A stretch of 64,000 nucleotides of DNA from Octopus bimaculoides (GCF_001194135.2 NC_068992.1:18117844-18181843), one strand, 5' to 3'; shown: positions 41,072-55,630, numbered from the stretch's first letter. The notes: generated by a model from the letters alone, not told the origin. Numbers and translations: made by a program.

Positions 41072-41565
41072 ACACGCATATATGTACAAACCTATATGTT
41101 AATATTATATATATATATGAAAATAAATACATGCACACATACATACATACATTCACAGATATGTCTTATGCATCAGATTATCTCCACTGTAATCAGTATA
41201 TTGATGTGTTAGTAACATGTAACATTGTAGCATCCAACAAAGTTTTAATACGTTATGTAAGCAACACAGGATTACATATTCGTATAAATGTTTTTCCTTC
41301 GGCTTTTTGATCGATTGTACACAACAACAGACTAAGAAAATGTTACACAGAAGCAATTAATTTTAATGTAATTTCATGTTGAGTTGGAAACAGTGAGTGC
41401 ATTCTAAAATAAATAGAAATGCCCTAATATATATATATATAACACTAAATGTGAGAAAAGAAAATAATATTATTATAACTCATATGCCTTAAAACTAGAT
41501 ATATATTTTGATGACGTGATGCAACGATTGCTATATTTAGTGCGTTGCATTGCCTCTATATGAAA

Positions 41566-41760
41566 TAGAGGTGTTCTCAACCATCTTTTGCATATTACCC
41601 CCTTTTATTACTATTTTATTCTGGTGGACCCCCATTGCCATTCGATGTTTAAAAACTAGTTTTATAGAATCTTCTTTCAAAATTCCTATTTTGGTTTTTA
41701 TACATTAACTTGTGTAGTTTGAACTTTGTAGAATGTTAGAGAAAAACACCTCGATGTTTC
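41566..41760 (+). mobile_element. hAT-type MITE 5' fragment
   Basis: Start tagaggtgttctcaacc...ggaccccc resembles Charlie/MER-type hAT TIRs. Confidence 0.55.
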
Positions 41761-42292
41761 CTTAGTGAATAATAATGTGATTTAAACTATTCACCTAGTT
41801 TACTCAGAAGATCTTAAATGTGTACGTCCGTTCGTGTACTGAAGGGACTTTGATATTTTTACCTCGACGATTGAATTTAATTAAAGCTTGGGTAACCTAT
41901 TAACCTATAGTTTAACCGGCCACGTTATGTTTCTATTGGCAATCATTTTTTTTTTTTTTTAAACAAAAAGACCCAGAAACATCAGGAGCAAGTGTGATGT
42001 TTGTGGTGACTTGGGAAGCATGAAAGATACCGTCTGAAAATTGTTCTTGGTGAATCTGTAGATAAGAACAGATGTAGAAAATCTTCTCCTGTGAAATCTG
42101 TAGAGAAAACCGATTCCTTAGCACTAGGTATGTAATTATTTTCAGTTGGGGACACTCAAGCAATTAAAAATATAACGTCATCACAAAGGCTACGACGCAC
42201 CACAATGTCTAGGAATCGAATCCATGGCCGTATGATCATATTCCTCCCATCCAAGCCATAAAGCACATATTCTATGACTTCAAAATTCAAAT

Positions 42293-42655
42293 AGGCACAA
42301 AAGGCAGACGTGGTTGTGTAATAAGAAGCTTGGTTCCGATCAACATAGTTCCGGGTTCAGTATCACTGCATGGCACCTTAAGCAAGTGTCTTTTATTATA
42401 GCTGTCAGGACCGACCAAAAACTTGTCAGTGAATTCGGTAGACAAAAACTGAAAGAAGCCCGTCGTATACCTATGTTTGTGTGTCTTTGTGTCTGAGTTT
42501 GACCTCCACACTGATTGACAACAAGTGTTGTTGGGTTTATGTTTCCGTAACTTAGCGGTTCGGCAAAACACCCTAACACAGTAAATACCAGGCTTAAACA
42601 AAAGAATTACTGAACTAAGAATTCTTAAAGGTAGTGTCCCAGTATGGTCGCAGAA
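42293..42655 (+). mobile_element. Diverged SINE family C
   Basis: ggttgtgtaataagaagcttg...gcatggcaccttaagcaagtgtc...ggtagacaaaaactgaaagaagcccgtcgtata. Confidence 0.8.
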
Positions 42656-42708
42656 TAATATAAGTAGCAAATAAAATATACACACACATATGTTCAAATG
42701 CCTGTCTG

Positions 42709-42710
<2 letters not shown>

Positions 42711-42758
<48 letters not shown>

Positions 42759-42767
42759 CATCTAATC

Positions 42768-42830
<63 letters not shown>

Positions 42831-42835
42831 CATCC

Positions 42836-42876
<41 letters not shown>

Positions 42877-43783
42877 CCNNNNNNNNNNNNNNNNNNNNNN
42901 NNNNNNNNNNNNNNNNNNNNNNNNNNNNNNNNNNNNNNNNNNNNNNNNNNNNNNNNNNNNNNNNNNNNNNNNNNNNNNNNNNNNNNNNNNNNNNNNNNNN
43001 NNNNNNNNNNNNNNNNNNNNNNNNNNNNNNNNNNNNNNNNNNNNNNNNNNNNNNNNNNNNNNNNNNNNNNNNNNNNNNNNNNNNNNNNNNNNNNNNNNNN
43101 NNNNNNNNNNNNNNNNNNNNNNNNNNNNNNNNNNNNNNNNNNNNNNNNNNNNNNNNNNNNNNNNNNNNNNNNNNNNNNNNNNNNNNNNNNNNNNNNNNNN
43201 NNNNNNNNNNNNNNNNNNNNNNNNNNNNNNNNNNNNNNNNNNNNNNNNNNNNNNNNNNNNNNNNNNNNNNNNNNNNNNNNNNNNNNNNNNNNNNNNNNNN
43301 NNNNNNNNNNNNNNNNNNNNNNNNNNNNNNNNNNNNNNNNNNNNNNNNNNNNNNNNNNNNNNNNNNNNNNNNNNNNNNNNNNNNNNNNNNNNNNNNNNNN
43401 NNNNNNNNNNNNNNNNNNNNNNNNNNNNNNNNNNNNNNNNNNNNNNNNNNNNNNNNNNNNNNNNNNNNNNNNNNNNNNNNNNNNNNNNNNNNNNNNNNNN
43501 NNNNNNNNNNNNNNNNNNNNNNNNNNNNNNNNNNNNNNNNNNNNNNNNNNNNNNNNNNNNNNNNNNNNNNNNNNNNNNNNNNNNNNNNNNNNNNNNNNNN
43601 NNNNNNNNNNNNNNNNNNNNNNNNNNNNNNNNNNNNNNNNNNNNNNTCTTCCCGCGATCCCTTTTGATCCAAATTATCCCCCCCCCCAAAGCTCTACTTT
43701 GTAATTTGTCCATTTTCTGTATTTAGCCCTGTGTGGCTATAATAAAAAGATATCTATCTATCTATCCATCTATCTATCTATCC

Positions 43784-43814
<31 letters not shown>

Positions 43815-43880
43815 CAGCTAGGTAGCTATCCGTCCACGCATGTATGTATGTATTTATGATTATATCTATCTATCTATGTT
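42711..43880. repeat. (TATC)n arrays around a gap, with an L1/Tx1 3' terminus at 43648-43750
   Basis: Direct sequence; the terminus matches 31570-31628. Confidence 0.85.
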
Positions 43881-44692
43881 TCGATTTGCATTTATGCATC
43901 TACATATATGCATGTCTGCCGTGTGTATGATATGGGTTTGCATATGCTTATGAAAGTATATTTTCCATGTACATACATACGTACATACATACACAGATAC
44001 ATACATAGATACACACACACATATATGTAGGAATATATATGTATACGCACACACATGTATAGTGTATATTTAAGTGCATGATGCAGAGTTTTTGATGTTA
44101 TAAATAATCTCCCAACCCCCAACTCTCTTCATAAGTCTAGAGACAACGGCGGGCGTCAATGATATGTAAATGCTCGCGAGAATACATAAATAAGTTGAAT
44201 AATTTGTCATTAATCTGATAATAAATATTATGATATTTTAGAATATTGGTCTTTGAAAAACTATTCATATAGATTTATGATTTTTTTGAAAGATAAATAA
44301 AATCATGGAAATGTATTTCAATGCATAGATGTCTATGCAAATAAATATGTTATACGCATAGTTATACGCAGACAAAATAAAACAGAGAAAGCGAGAAACA
44401 CAGCCAATACATACATGTGTAAGCAATATTTATGCCGTTTTTTCCATGTTTTGATGTAAACAAATATGTTACATTTGGATGTGCTCAGCCTTATTGAAAC
44501 CCCTGCTGCTTAGTAGTGTGGTTTCAATTAATTATTGACATTTCCAGCGTGACAAACTTCAGCTTACGCCAGTATGTGTGTCTTTAGTTATTTACATACA
44601 ACGATGGCAGTTCTAAGTGGATTTCGAACTACTATTTCGATATCTGTAACTGATGAAACGTAACTTCACATAAACATGTCTTACATTCCATT

Positions 44693-44761
44693 CCAAAGAC
44701 GTCCTCCATAGACGTCCTCCATAGACGTCCTCCAAAGACGTCCTGCAAAGAAAGACGTCCC
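44693..44761. repeat. 13-bp minisatellite, five GACGTC-containing units
   Basis: cca(a/t)agacgtcct x4 plus one degenerate unit. Confidence 0.95.
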
Positions 44762-45163
44762 CCACTTCCGTGTGTTTTCATATACACTGTTAATAAGAAG
44801 GTTTTTCATATTTGATGGCACACGAACGTGTTGCATATAAATCTACACAGCCTTATTTTAAATAGCGCTGCTGAATTTGGCTTTAATTATCAATTCTGTC
44901 TCGACATGGCACAGCAGGCTGTGAATAAGTGATTCGGTGTATGTAATTGATGCATCATAATCTCACAGAAACACGTGCCTTCTGGTATTAATAAACCAAC
45001 TGAGGACATTCTCTCACAGTCTAAAAGAGGAACTTTCTCCTCCAACTTAGTTATTGCAGCGAAAATCGAACAACGATTCGTTCCATCATAATGTGTTAAA
45101 TATAAATGTAGCCATCCTTATATACATACACACTCACACACATTTGTATGTGCGCGCGCGCGC

Positions 45164-45204
<41 letters not shown>

Positions 45205-45356
45205 TTTGTGTGTACATTATTCTCTTGTTCCTCCGTTTTTCGTATGTATTTGTCTCTCATTTCTGCTCATCACTGAACGCTTTGCGATTGTGATACATAT
45301 ATCTTTCCCTTCTGTCTGTCTCTCCCCCTCTAACTAAATATGTGTTTTTGTTTTAG

Positions 45357-45472
45357 AGAAAACCCCATCATTATAAATGCAGCTGTTTACGTTTGTTAGT
45401 TTGGAATTGAAATGTCTACTTTATTTAAATTATGCAGAAGTCACAGTTTGCAGTTGCGAGTTCTGCTTACAG
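45357..45472 (+). other. Candidate spliced exon (possible start-codon exon, MSTLFKLCRSHSLQLRVLLT, phase 1)
   Basis: CTAAC branch point ~25 nt upstream, T-rich tract tgtttttgttttag, donor CAG|GTATGA; no homology recognised. Confidence 0.4.
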
Positions 45473-48400
45473 GTATGACGATGTAGTTTATGCTACAATT
45501 GCAATAAATGGTGTTTCCATCGCTTAAAAACTTTTAAAAAAAGATTTTACCCCATGCACATGATTTAACCGCTCAACGAGAATAATTGACCGGAGTATGA
45601 TTGATTCCACTATACCTGTAGAGATTCTGACACCTGTAAGAAAGAAAAAAAGTATCTAGAGTATTGTGAATGTCAAGATAGTTTTAACAATACGTTGAAT
45701 GTACTTTCTATGTAAAATCAACTAATGTTCTAAGCGGTTTCCAGCGCCATTTTTTAAGGATGAACTAATCGTTGAAGGTGGCTTGACCTTTAGCATAAGG
45801 ACATCAGAAGACGAAACCTTTTGATTCTTGGCCGGACAGTATAAAGTCGACAACAAATGTCAGGTTCCCTACTATCTACTTCCGACCAAGACATTTAATT
45901 CATAGATCAATCTCAAACTAAAAGATAATGAATTATCTTGTATAATAGTTTGAAATTCACATTTACGTAATCATGTGATCATATCTAGTTTGCTTAAATT
46001 ACATATATGTCATTTATACATGCCACAACGTGTTAGCGATACAAATGAGCTGTCAGAAATATCGTTATTTATATGATTCCTGAAGAAATGAAGCAAATCC
46101 AGATAGCAGATTCTCCGCTTGACTTGGTTTCTTGTAACAGGTAGGCCGCTTTACCTTGTTAACAGATCTTGATATGTCAGTGAAGCGTCACAAGTCCCTG
46201 GAGTGAAAAAATATTGATGATAGTCTACTAGTATCAGAACTGTGGTTTTGTGGAATCGATACATAAGTAAGTACAACTGCCTTACCAGAAGTAGAAACTA
46301 ATCTAGGTGATATGTCTGCAAGATCAGAACTGGCCTGGCTGTGCCAAATATTAACAAAGTTACTGAAGCTTGGTAGAAAAATGTTCTAGCTGTAATAGAC
46401 AAAATGAAGTTTCTTCAATTGGATACGATCACGAGATCCGCAGTTTGGTTGTCCTTTGTGTTATTTACTTGGTCTATTTGCATTAAAAACGTTTGAAGCA
46501 ACCTGAAAGCATTCTAACGTGATAACTTTAATTCATTTATTATGTTTCTTAGGTACTTAAATTCAGAAGGAAATTGATTTGAAAAGCACAATTGTACAGT
46601 GTAATGTGATTTTCTACTTATTCTAAAGGTTATCAGACATATAATTTATTCACAATTACTTCAGACGGAAATATTCGAAAATACATCGAAAACATCTTGC
46701 TTCCAATTTATTCTGGAAACATTTAAACTCGAATAATTCAAAGGAGGCTAGGAAAGACTTTATTATAATTCCCAAGTTGTCAGACAAACTTTGTATATTT
46801 TTTTAGCTATTTAAATAATAAAACTAATGCAAGAAAACTTGAGCCAGGCAGTTATGGAAGCAACTTTAGTCAAAGCAAAATGACTAAGCTCGCGGTCAGT
46901 GGTATAGCCTTTGCCGTTAGTTTTGTATTTTGGAGAATCCAACAAATTAAATATGAAAATTATTTCAGCTGCAGACTTACGTTGTTTTAGCAACAGTGTC
47001 TACGGAATATTTTACCTACAAGTGTCGTCTTACAGCAGTTAAAACGTAATGTTAATAACATCAAATTATCCAATGCATCCTTAGTTAAGATAGAAAGGTG
47101 ATATTAGAGAGGGATTTGGTTGTTAAATACTATGAGTGGGGAGAAGTATTATCGTTGGATTAAGCGTAATTCTTCACTATTACACAGTTAAGGAATTTAG
47201 TTACCATTGTGGACCTTGTAAGTGTAAACGAGGAAACAGTGCTCTTCTCGCTTAACAGTAATATACTCTTTAACGATGGTTGCAAAAGTGTGCAAAAAAT
47301 ATTTTAGAAAACAACTGCTATTAAACGGGAAGTGTAATATAATTTAGCAAATAATATGAATAATATGTGTAATCAATAACAATTGAAAGTAGTAAATGCT
47401 TGAATGGGCAATGATAGCAAGAAAATTGAAACAAAAGCACATAGAAAGATGAGAGGAAAATATCTAGATGTGAAAATCCAGCTATTCTTTCGTAAAATAA
47501 AGAAATATTAGAATCCAAAGGATGAGTGAAGAATTAGAAGATGTGATAAAATAATATAATAGTCTGACTGCTAGAGATAATGATTGTTAAACAGGACGCA
47601 CTTTGCATTCAGAACTTTTAACGAAGCAGGTTTAGTACGATAAGTGCCAAAGCAAATGCCTGTTATATCATCCATTGTGACAACAGCACGGAAATCAGCT
47701 TGTTAGACCGAAAGGATGAGGGAGAGAGAGAGAGAGCGAGAGAGTGAGAGAGAGAGATGGAGAGAAAAAGAGAAAGAGAGATAGAGACTGATGTAAATGT
47801 ACACTCGACTGAATGGATCCGGCTTAAAATAGGAAATAAAAATAAGAAATCAGACTGTCAGTAGATGATGAGGAACTATCGAGGGTTTTTATTGCAGAAA
47901 TAATTTATACATATCTTGAGGTAAATAGGTTGTGTTATACGCTACAGAAGTATTACATCAGAAAAGATTCAGTGGGTGGAAATATCAAGGGGTTATTGAC
48001 AACATGAAATATCTGGACTGAACGAGTCGGTACAAAAACATTAGAATGGCATGAACGATTTAAAAATAAAGAAGAAAAGGACATAAAATAAAACGATGAG
48101 AAACTTCCGTTTTTGTGGATTATTAAGTGCCAGATTCTGCTGAAGCTGAATGTTAATATGAAAAAGTGCCATTGATAAAGCATGCTTTCTCCTTCAACAT
48201 GGGCTTACATAAGCTGAACAGAGAGAAATGAAAATGTGAGTGCTAGAAGAATTTAGAATTGTGTGTCAGAACATCTCACATTTATTCTCCATGTTATGTT
48301 TATTGACATTGAACATCTTTCTCGGATACCAGCTAAAGATCACAACGATGGCTGCAAATCATATTTTTTTATTGATGATTTTGAGAATGTTAAACACGGT

Positions 48401-49349
48401 GAGATAAAATACAAAAGCAATGCAAATAAAAACTTTTGTTGAGAATAGGTTTAGGCATTTACAATTTCGGACAAAAAGAATTGGTAATAAAATGACTCTA
48501 AGGAACTGAGATTAAAATATTAAATTCTTTTAAAGAAATTTGGTTGAATCTAATTTCCAGATTCGTTACAAATATAGTTGCACTGAGGTTATGGTTAAAC
48601 TTTCCGTAGTCTTTGGTTTATACATTTTCCTTTTGGACCATCGAAAATGTTAACAGTGTGCCTAAATAGTCTAGACTTCTGAGGTGAAAGTATTTGAAGA
48701 ACAAGGTCATTCCACATCAAATCAAGGAATTTCATAAACCTTCAAAAGCTATTAAATCTCTACCAGACAAAAGTAAAACTCGCCTTGCATTGTTCCCACC
48801 TGTGCAGCAGTACTCCTGATACATGCACAAACTACTCAGAGCGCTTCGCAAAGAAGGCCATTCGAAGGATTAGCCTCATTCAATATTCAAACTTCCTCAA
48901 AAAGCTTTTCCAATTACATGTTTCCTTTCCCTACATTTTTTTGTCGTATAACTATTTTGGCTTCATTCTTGCCAGTCCCTACCACATACACAGCTCTCCT
49001 CTTTGAAACTTCCTAGTGTCTCTACTTCAGGTTAAGCATTAACCGTTACACTCAACTCCAGGCAAACCGTTAGTTCCTATGTCTTGCAGCAGTTAAAACG
49101 TAACGTTAATAACATCAAATTCTGTTGTCCGGAAAGACCTCCGAATGCCATAAATACAGTTTCTCTCCCTAAATCATAATGTAAAAGAGCAGTTTGATGT
49201 CTTGTTGTGTCAATGTCTGTGTTGTAAACGTAGGTAGCACCGCGTAAACTAGAGTTATTCTATGATTTGTTTTGCCAGCTAGAAAAAATAGCAACTTATC
49301 CTGTGACTCAAACATTCGTGACTTAAAAAACGAAGGATAAATAACACAA

Positions 49350-49568
49350 TACTAGGGATGCTGAAAGTTCCTTGCTTTAAGGGTATCGCCAAAGGCTTAG
49401 TTGAAAGCCCAGACTTCCGAGTTCTTTTACTGGGCTTAGAAGATCTGAAGGACCGCTGCAATAAGTGTGTGAATCTGAGAGGGAAATATGTTCACTACAA
49501 TCACAATTAACTGGCCCTCCCGTATTTTCTTATACCTGAAGCCATGATCTTTTCAACATCTCCTCGTA
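49350..49568 (+). mobile_element. Mariner-derived MITE retaining the transposase C-terminus
   Basis: Imperfect TIRs tactagggatgctgaaagttcc / gatcttttcaacatctcctcgta; GLEDLKDRCNKCVNLRGKYV resembles mariner C-termini. Confidence 0.8.
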
Positions 49569-50871
49569 CTGTGCTAGTTACAGTATCTTTCCAAACAGAT
49601 GGATTGCTCAGATCTGGAAAATCTTTGCTATTATCGCGTCGATTCTGCTTGATGATGGCTGGTCTCCCTTTAAGCAGCATCTACAAAATTTCACTTACAC
49701 GCGTAGCTGGATGATTAAAAGGATTAGATTGTTGAACGTCTTTAAAAGGTGTTATTGACGATGTGATACAACAGGAAATATGAGGCACAGAGAATGAAAA
49801 TGAAGAGAAAAAGCGATCAGTTTAAGAAAATGAATCCCAAGTAAAGCGAACAATAAAAAATGACAATCCCATGTGCCAATGCATGTATGTAACTGAACTC
49901 GGCTGTATGTGAATCTATACTTCGAATATCTTAAGTGAGGTTTCTTCTGAGTGACTTTGAGAAATTTTGATAGTATTATTATCATATATTCAGGAAAATT
50001 AATAATGCGAATTGGTTATAATCTTTTAGTTGAATGTTGTTGTTTTGATGCCTAGAACTACTGTTTGACCTGATAAAAGCAATGGTCAAAATCGTTCCCT
50101 CTAGGACCATCAGCTTTAGGGTCACCTGGGATTACAACTATCCAATGTCTCCTATCATTCCCAAGAGGGATAATTGACTGCTATTTATTACATTTCAAGC
50201 GGAGTCATAGAGGCTCCTTCGTCAGATCGGAAGCTTTAAAATGTAGGAATTTGGTATGAAGACCTCTTTTAGAGTATTAACTAGAAGAGAAAAACTGTTT
50301 TGCCTCGAAGGATTTTAATATCGAATCCAACAGAAAGCATGCTAACATTCCCAGATGAAAGGGAAAACAGAAGTTAGAGAGATAACGAAGCAAAGATATA
50401 AAGTGAAATACAAATATGAAAATTGTATTAAAATAAACACTATATAATGACAAGTGAAAAAAAATATTGATCATTAAAATAGTCCAAACCATTCCAGTGA
50501 TAATTGGGAAAATAGGAGTGGTTATCAAAATTTGCAAATAATTTTGAAACATAGCTTGAAATGGAAGTGAATTTGGAACAACTCCAAAACATTCCTTCCA
50601 TTAAGAAATAACTAAAATACTGAAGAGGAATACTCGAATGTTCCTCTTTAACATTAGTAATAGCAACTACAACGGAAATGAACAGAGATATCACACGAAA
50701 AAGGTATAAAAAAACAACAACACCTAAAGAATTTGCAATAACAACAATACGACGTTTTAAAAATAAGACGCACACACGTACACACATATAGACACATCAA
50801 AGATACGTCAAATATATATATGTATATGTATATACATATACATATATATATATATATATAATATATATACA

Positions 50872-50914
<43 letters not shown>

Positions 50915-52398
50915 NNNNNNNNNNNNNNNNNNNNNNNNNNNNNNNTATACATAATGTATATATATATATGTATATATATGTATATATGTATATATATATA
51001 TACATAGGTAGACAGATTCATGTACGTTGTGTGTGCGTTTGTCTTTGTGTGTGTGTGTGTATGTGTGTGTGTATGTGTGCGTGTGTCTGTGTGTCCGTGT
51101 GTGTAATATCTGGATGAGGAAACACATACGATAGAGAATCGGTTTTATTAAAAACTATCTGCGCTTAATGCAATCTAATACATTGAAATGTATTTTTCTA
51201 ATTTTCAAGACAACATTTCTAAAAAGAAATACGAAATCTTCAAAAACAAAAACAAAATGTAGCTAAAAAGGCAATTGAAAAAAAAAATGATTATGATTCT
51301 CATGATATTTCATGCCTATCTAAAAGGATTTACGGCTGAAGACACAAATCCATAACATTCATATCTCACCGGAATTTTAGATTGTATCGATTTGAAGTTG
51401 ATCTCAGGGTAATCCAAATTGTTACATGGCCGCTCACAAAAGCACGGGAAGAAATTATAATAAACAATGGTGAAAACAAAAAGCGAAAAGCATACTTGTA
51501 AAATGAATTATAGCAAAATTCGCTGAACATGATTCCCAACCTCCTCTCTGACTGGTTTATATTTGTTCCCATCAATACGAATTTCCTTCATTCCTTCATT
51601 CGTTCGCCTATTCTTTCGTTCATTAATTCCTCCTCCATTGTATTCGTTTATACAAATGAAAAAAAATTATTATTTACCTTCTACTTTTATTACCTTTCTT
51701 TTCTCTGATGCAGAAGGGGACAAGAAAAAGATAAGATTTTTTTTCTTTCTGATAGATTGCATCTAGCAATTATTTTCCAAATTTAATTTCAGAAATTTCT
51801 TCAAATGAAAAGAAGTATGGTAAATTCATATCGTTTTAATTTCGTCTAACTCGTTTTGTTTACTGAAAAGCGCAGCTGTAAACCGAGTTAATAGAGCGCG
51901 TTTGGTTATTCGTTGGTGGATAAACGGCATCCACCTAAACATTTCCACTGCATTGAGTCACAAATGGCCACTCTCTTAACCACAAATATACCATATATTT
52001 TGTGCAATAACAATATATATTACTCTAAATGATGGAACTACTCACATATTAATTTCTTTTTGTTTCTCTGATAAAAACTTTTAAAAAATATTCCTAGTTT
52101 CTTTCTTTGAAAGATTGCATCGAGCAACTATACTCCTGCTGTAATTTCAAGGAATTAAAAATGGTTATCAGATCACGTGCAGCATTTCTTCAAACGTTAA
52201 TGTGAAATTAAAATATTATTATATCTGTTTTATGGATAGAGCAAAATCTTGTTACATAATAAGAGATTAACACTACGTCTTCAGCTTCAGAAGATAATAT
52301 CACGCCTGTCTTAGACCAGTCTGATTTCTATATTTCCGTTTCTGACTATTAGCAATTATATTACATCATATTTTTATACGACCACAGTAATGTAGAAC

Positions 52399-52629
52399 AG
52401 CAGGCCGTCACATTTATAGAAGTATGTGAAGAAAAGATCTCTTAACATCTGATAAAATTTCATTCTATTTAATCTTGATTATAATTTAGCAATCATATTA
52501 TATCATATCTCTATGCAGCTGCAACGATCTGGAGCAAGCTGTCACATTTATAGATGTATGTGCAGAAAAGATCTCTTATATCTGATAATATTTCACTCTA
52601 CTTAATCTTGATTATATTCTGAAATCATA
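52399..52629. repeat. Local direct duplication, period 134 bp
   Basis: gtcacatttataga...gaaaagatctctta...taatcttgattata at 52407 and 52541. Confidence 0.9.
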
Positions 52630-54534
52630 ACAAGTGGTTAGGTTTGATATCTGATTACTAACAGGCAACAGAAAATTTGCTTTCTGATGAATAGCGAAAA
52701 TCTGAGTGCAAAACTAAAATGAAGTCATATTTACATATATTATTATGTCACACCTACAGACATACACATACCCACACGCTCAGGCAAACACGCACATATG
52801 CACATATATTTCATCATGAATTATAGCTAAAACGTCACAAGTGATGTCTCTGAGATTCACGTTTTGAAGATTTCCAAGTGATAAGAAAAATTGACGAACC
52901 GATGATACAGTTATATGAGAAATAACTGCCATTGAATAGGAAATATTCATTAATAATAGAAAAAAAAAAGCCCGTTTGATTTGATTGGAACACGTCACTG
53001 TATTATTTACGGATAACGATTTCGTTAGTTAGCTGCGAGAGAGAGTGAAGGCGTATGCTTAATGGTGAGGGGGTTACACTCATGATCGCCAGATCACGGT
53101 TCCAATTCCCTGATCAAGAGGTGCGCTCTATTTTTGGGCAATTTATTTCAGGTTCCTGTGATCCACTCGAATGTAAATGAGTAAATTTGAAACGGGCTGG
53201 CTTCTCATTCAGCATGAATGTTGAAATCTTAGTCACTTAAATGCCATGGTACACTGGTAACCGACCCTATGAGGATTCAGGCTCGAGCCAGTAATGACCT
53301 GTGGTAGATGAGGTTGACAGTGACACTAGAGAAAGTACCATACTAAAACTGATCTCAATGCATCGATGTTGAGCTGCGTGGTGGAAATGAAAAGCGTTGT
53401 TTGACATGCGTCAAGGAAGTCGATAAGGATCTCTGAGATTGTACGGCACTGGATGGTATATATATATATATATGCGTGTGTGTGTATGATATGCGAGTGT
53501 GCGTTGGTAAATAAATTTATGGATAGATAGATAGATAGATAGATAGATAAATTAGTCTCAGTGGCTCCGTTTCTAATGTAACATTGGGTGATGTGAGACC
53601 GCGACCTAAAAATGTTTCAAACCTTGTTGATAGACTGCTCCAAGGCGAAACCCATGTCTCTCTGCCAGATCCACTTTAGAGAGCGCTCTTCTTATTCCTT
53701 CAATTAAGCACCATTCCATTTAACGAAAAAAAAAAAAAAAGGAAAGAAAAAGAAAAAGAGAAGGAGAAGGGTAGAAAGGGTAAAAAGGATAGATTAATTA
53801 ACAGGAAAAATGAAAAGCACTTCATAAGGAAACAGAAACAGAAAAGCGGTCTCCCCTCGTCAATCATTGACCAAATATAACCACAATTTGAAAACGTTCA
53901 CAGCAATGTTTAATTTCTTCACAAAAAGCTGTCAGTGTATAGTCAAGAGGGAGACGAAAATGTAGGAAATTAGAGAAAAATTTTAACATTCTCAGTAATG
54001 GAAAAAATATGTAGTCTTTTGACCGGAAAATTTAGGCTAGCTGTGGGGGAAAACGGGGTAAAATACAAAAGGAAATGAGGGTATATACCAATACATATAA
54101 CACTTTTCAGGACAAGATTAAGAATAGTTGTGCGAAGTAATAATACTCTGAAAGGAAAGTGTTGTATGCCTTTCGGCATTTGGGAAAGAAAATGAATAAA
54201 TGAAAGACACTAAGAATTGAAGAGAAAAAAAAAAAATTAGAATGGCCAATTTATTGGTCACTTTCAGAAAGGATTTTAAGCAGGAAATGGGAAGAGGAAG
54301 GGCTGTAGTGTCTTGTGGGCGGGAGAGAAGGAAAGCCTAAGAGGTCGGAAACCAGAGAGAAAGGACTGTTGCGAAGAGAGCCAAAAAAGAGAGTAAGACA
54401 GAGAAGGAGAGTGGGAAAATAAAGGGAGGCATAGATGGACAGATACAGGGATAGGAAGAGGTATAAATGGACAGATAGAATCGACGATAAAAAGGTTGAT
54501 TATAGACGCAACAATTGGAAACTAGATGGATTTA

Positions 54535-54535
54535 C

Positions 54536-54579
<44 letters not shown>

Positions 54580-54897
54580 GAGTGCCTGCCTGTCTATCTG
54601 TCTATATCTCTTCCTCCATCTCTCTGTATCTATCTATTATGGGGCTAAAGGCAGAAAGGTTCATATATATATATATATGTACAAATTATATTTGTGTTCT
54701 GATATCCAAACTAAATAAAATGTACTCAATAATGTAATCTTGGCTCCATTGCTACACTCTGTTTCCTGTCTGTTGCACGCTTTGCAAGACTTCTTGAACA
54801 ACATGCACGAAACGGAAAACTATTAATGGCAACTGAGTCACAAATTCCAGAGAATGGATGCCGACATAAATATACAAAGAGAACAGCAATTATAATC

Positions 54898-54969
<72 letters not shown>

Positions 54970-55007
54970 GTGACTATGTATGTATGTATCTGTCTGACTG
55001 TCTTTCT

Positions 55008-55041
<34 letters not shown>

Positions 55042-55063
55042 CTATCTATTTTTCTATCTATGT

Positions 55064-55095
<32 letters not shown>

Positions 55096-55115
55096 GTATC
55101 TATCTATCTATCTAC
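54535..55115. repeat. (TATC)n/(TGTC)n arrays
   Basis: Direct sequence. Confidence 0.95.
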
Positions 55116-55630
55116 CTTTCCTTCTTTCTTGTCAATAACTCACCATATCTCTATATACACACATATGCATTCACGCACTGATATATACACGCAAACCATA
55201 TAAGTTTAATGCAATGCTAAGCAAAACAATATACTGTGCTCATATATAGACTACTATATATTAATTATCAATAGCTAGACATCTCCTTTTGTATTACAAT
55301 ACTTTCATCGCCATATATGGATTTTCAGGAAATACTGCATAATATCTTCCGCATTCATACGTTGATCATTATGTTAAGAATGGATTCAACCTTTGTCACC
55401 GTGATGCTATGTTAATCTTGTACAGCGATTGTTTTAGCGATTGTCATATATTGTGTGATTCGTAAAACTCTGTGCTCTTCCATCATAAAAGTGTGTTTCT
55501 GTGCGTAAGTTCCGCGTGCATTTCTGTATTTTCGTGTGTGCGCGTTTGTATATGTGTGTGTCCAACTATGTTTGTGTATATTCGTTGATGTGAGTATGCA
55601 TATGTGTCTCCATCACTTAATCCTATATGT

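Noticed and set aside
52399-52629. CRISPR-like or functional repeat array
   Set aside because: Only two diverged direct copies in eukaryotic DNA, an ordinary local duplication; the same applies to the ~150-bp echo at 56069/56218.
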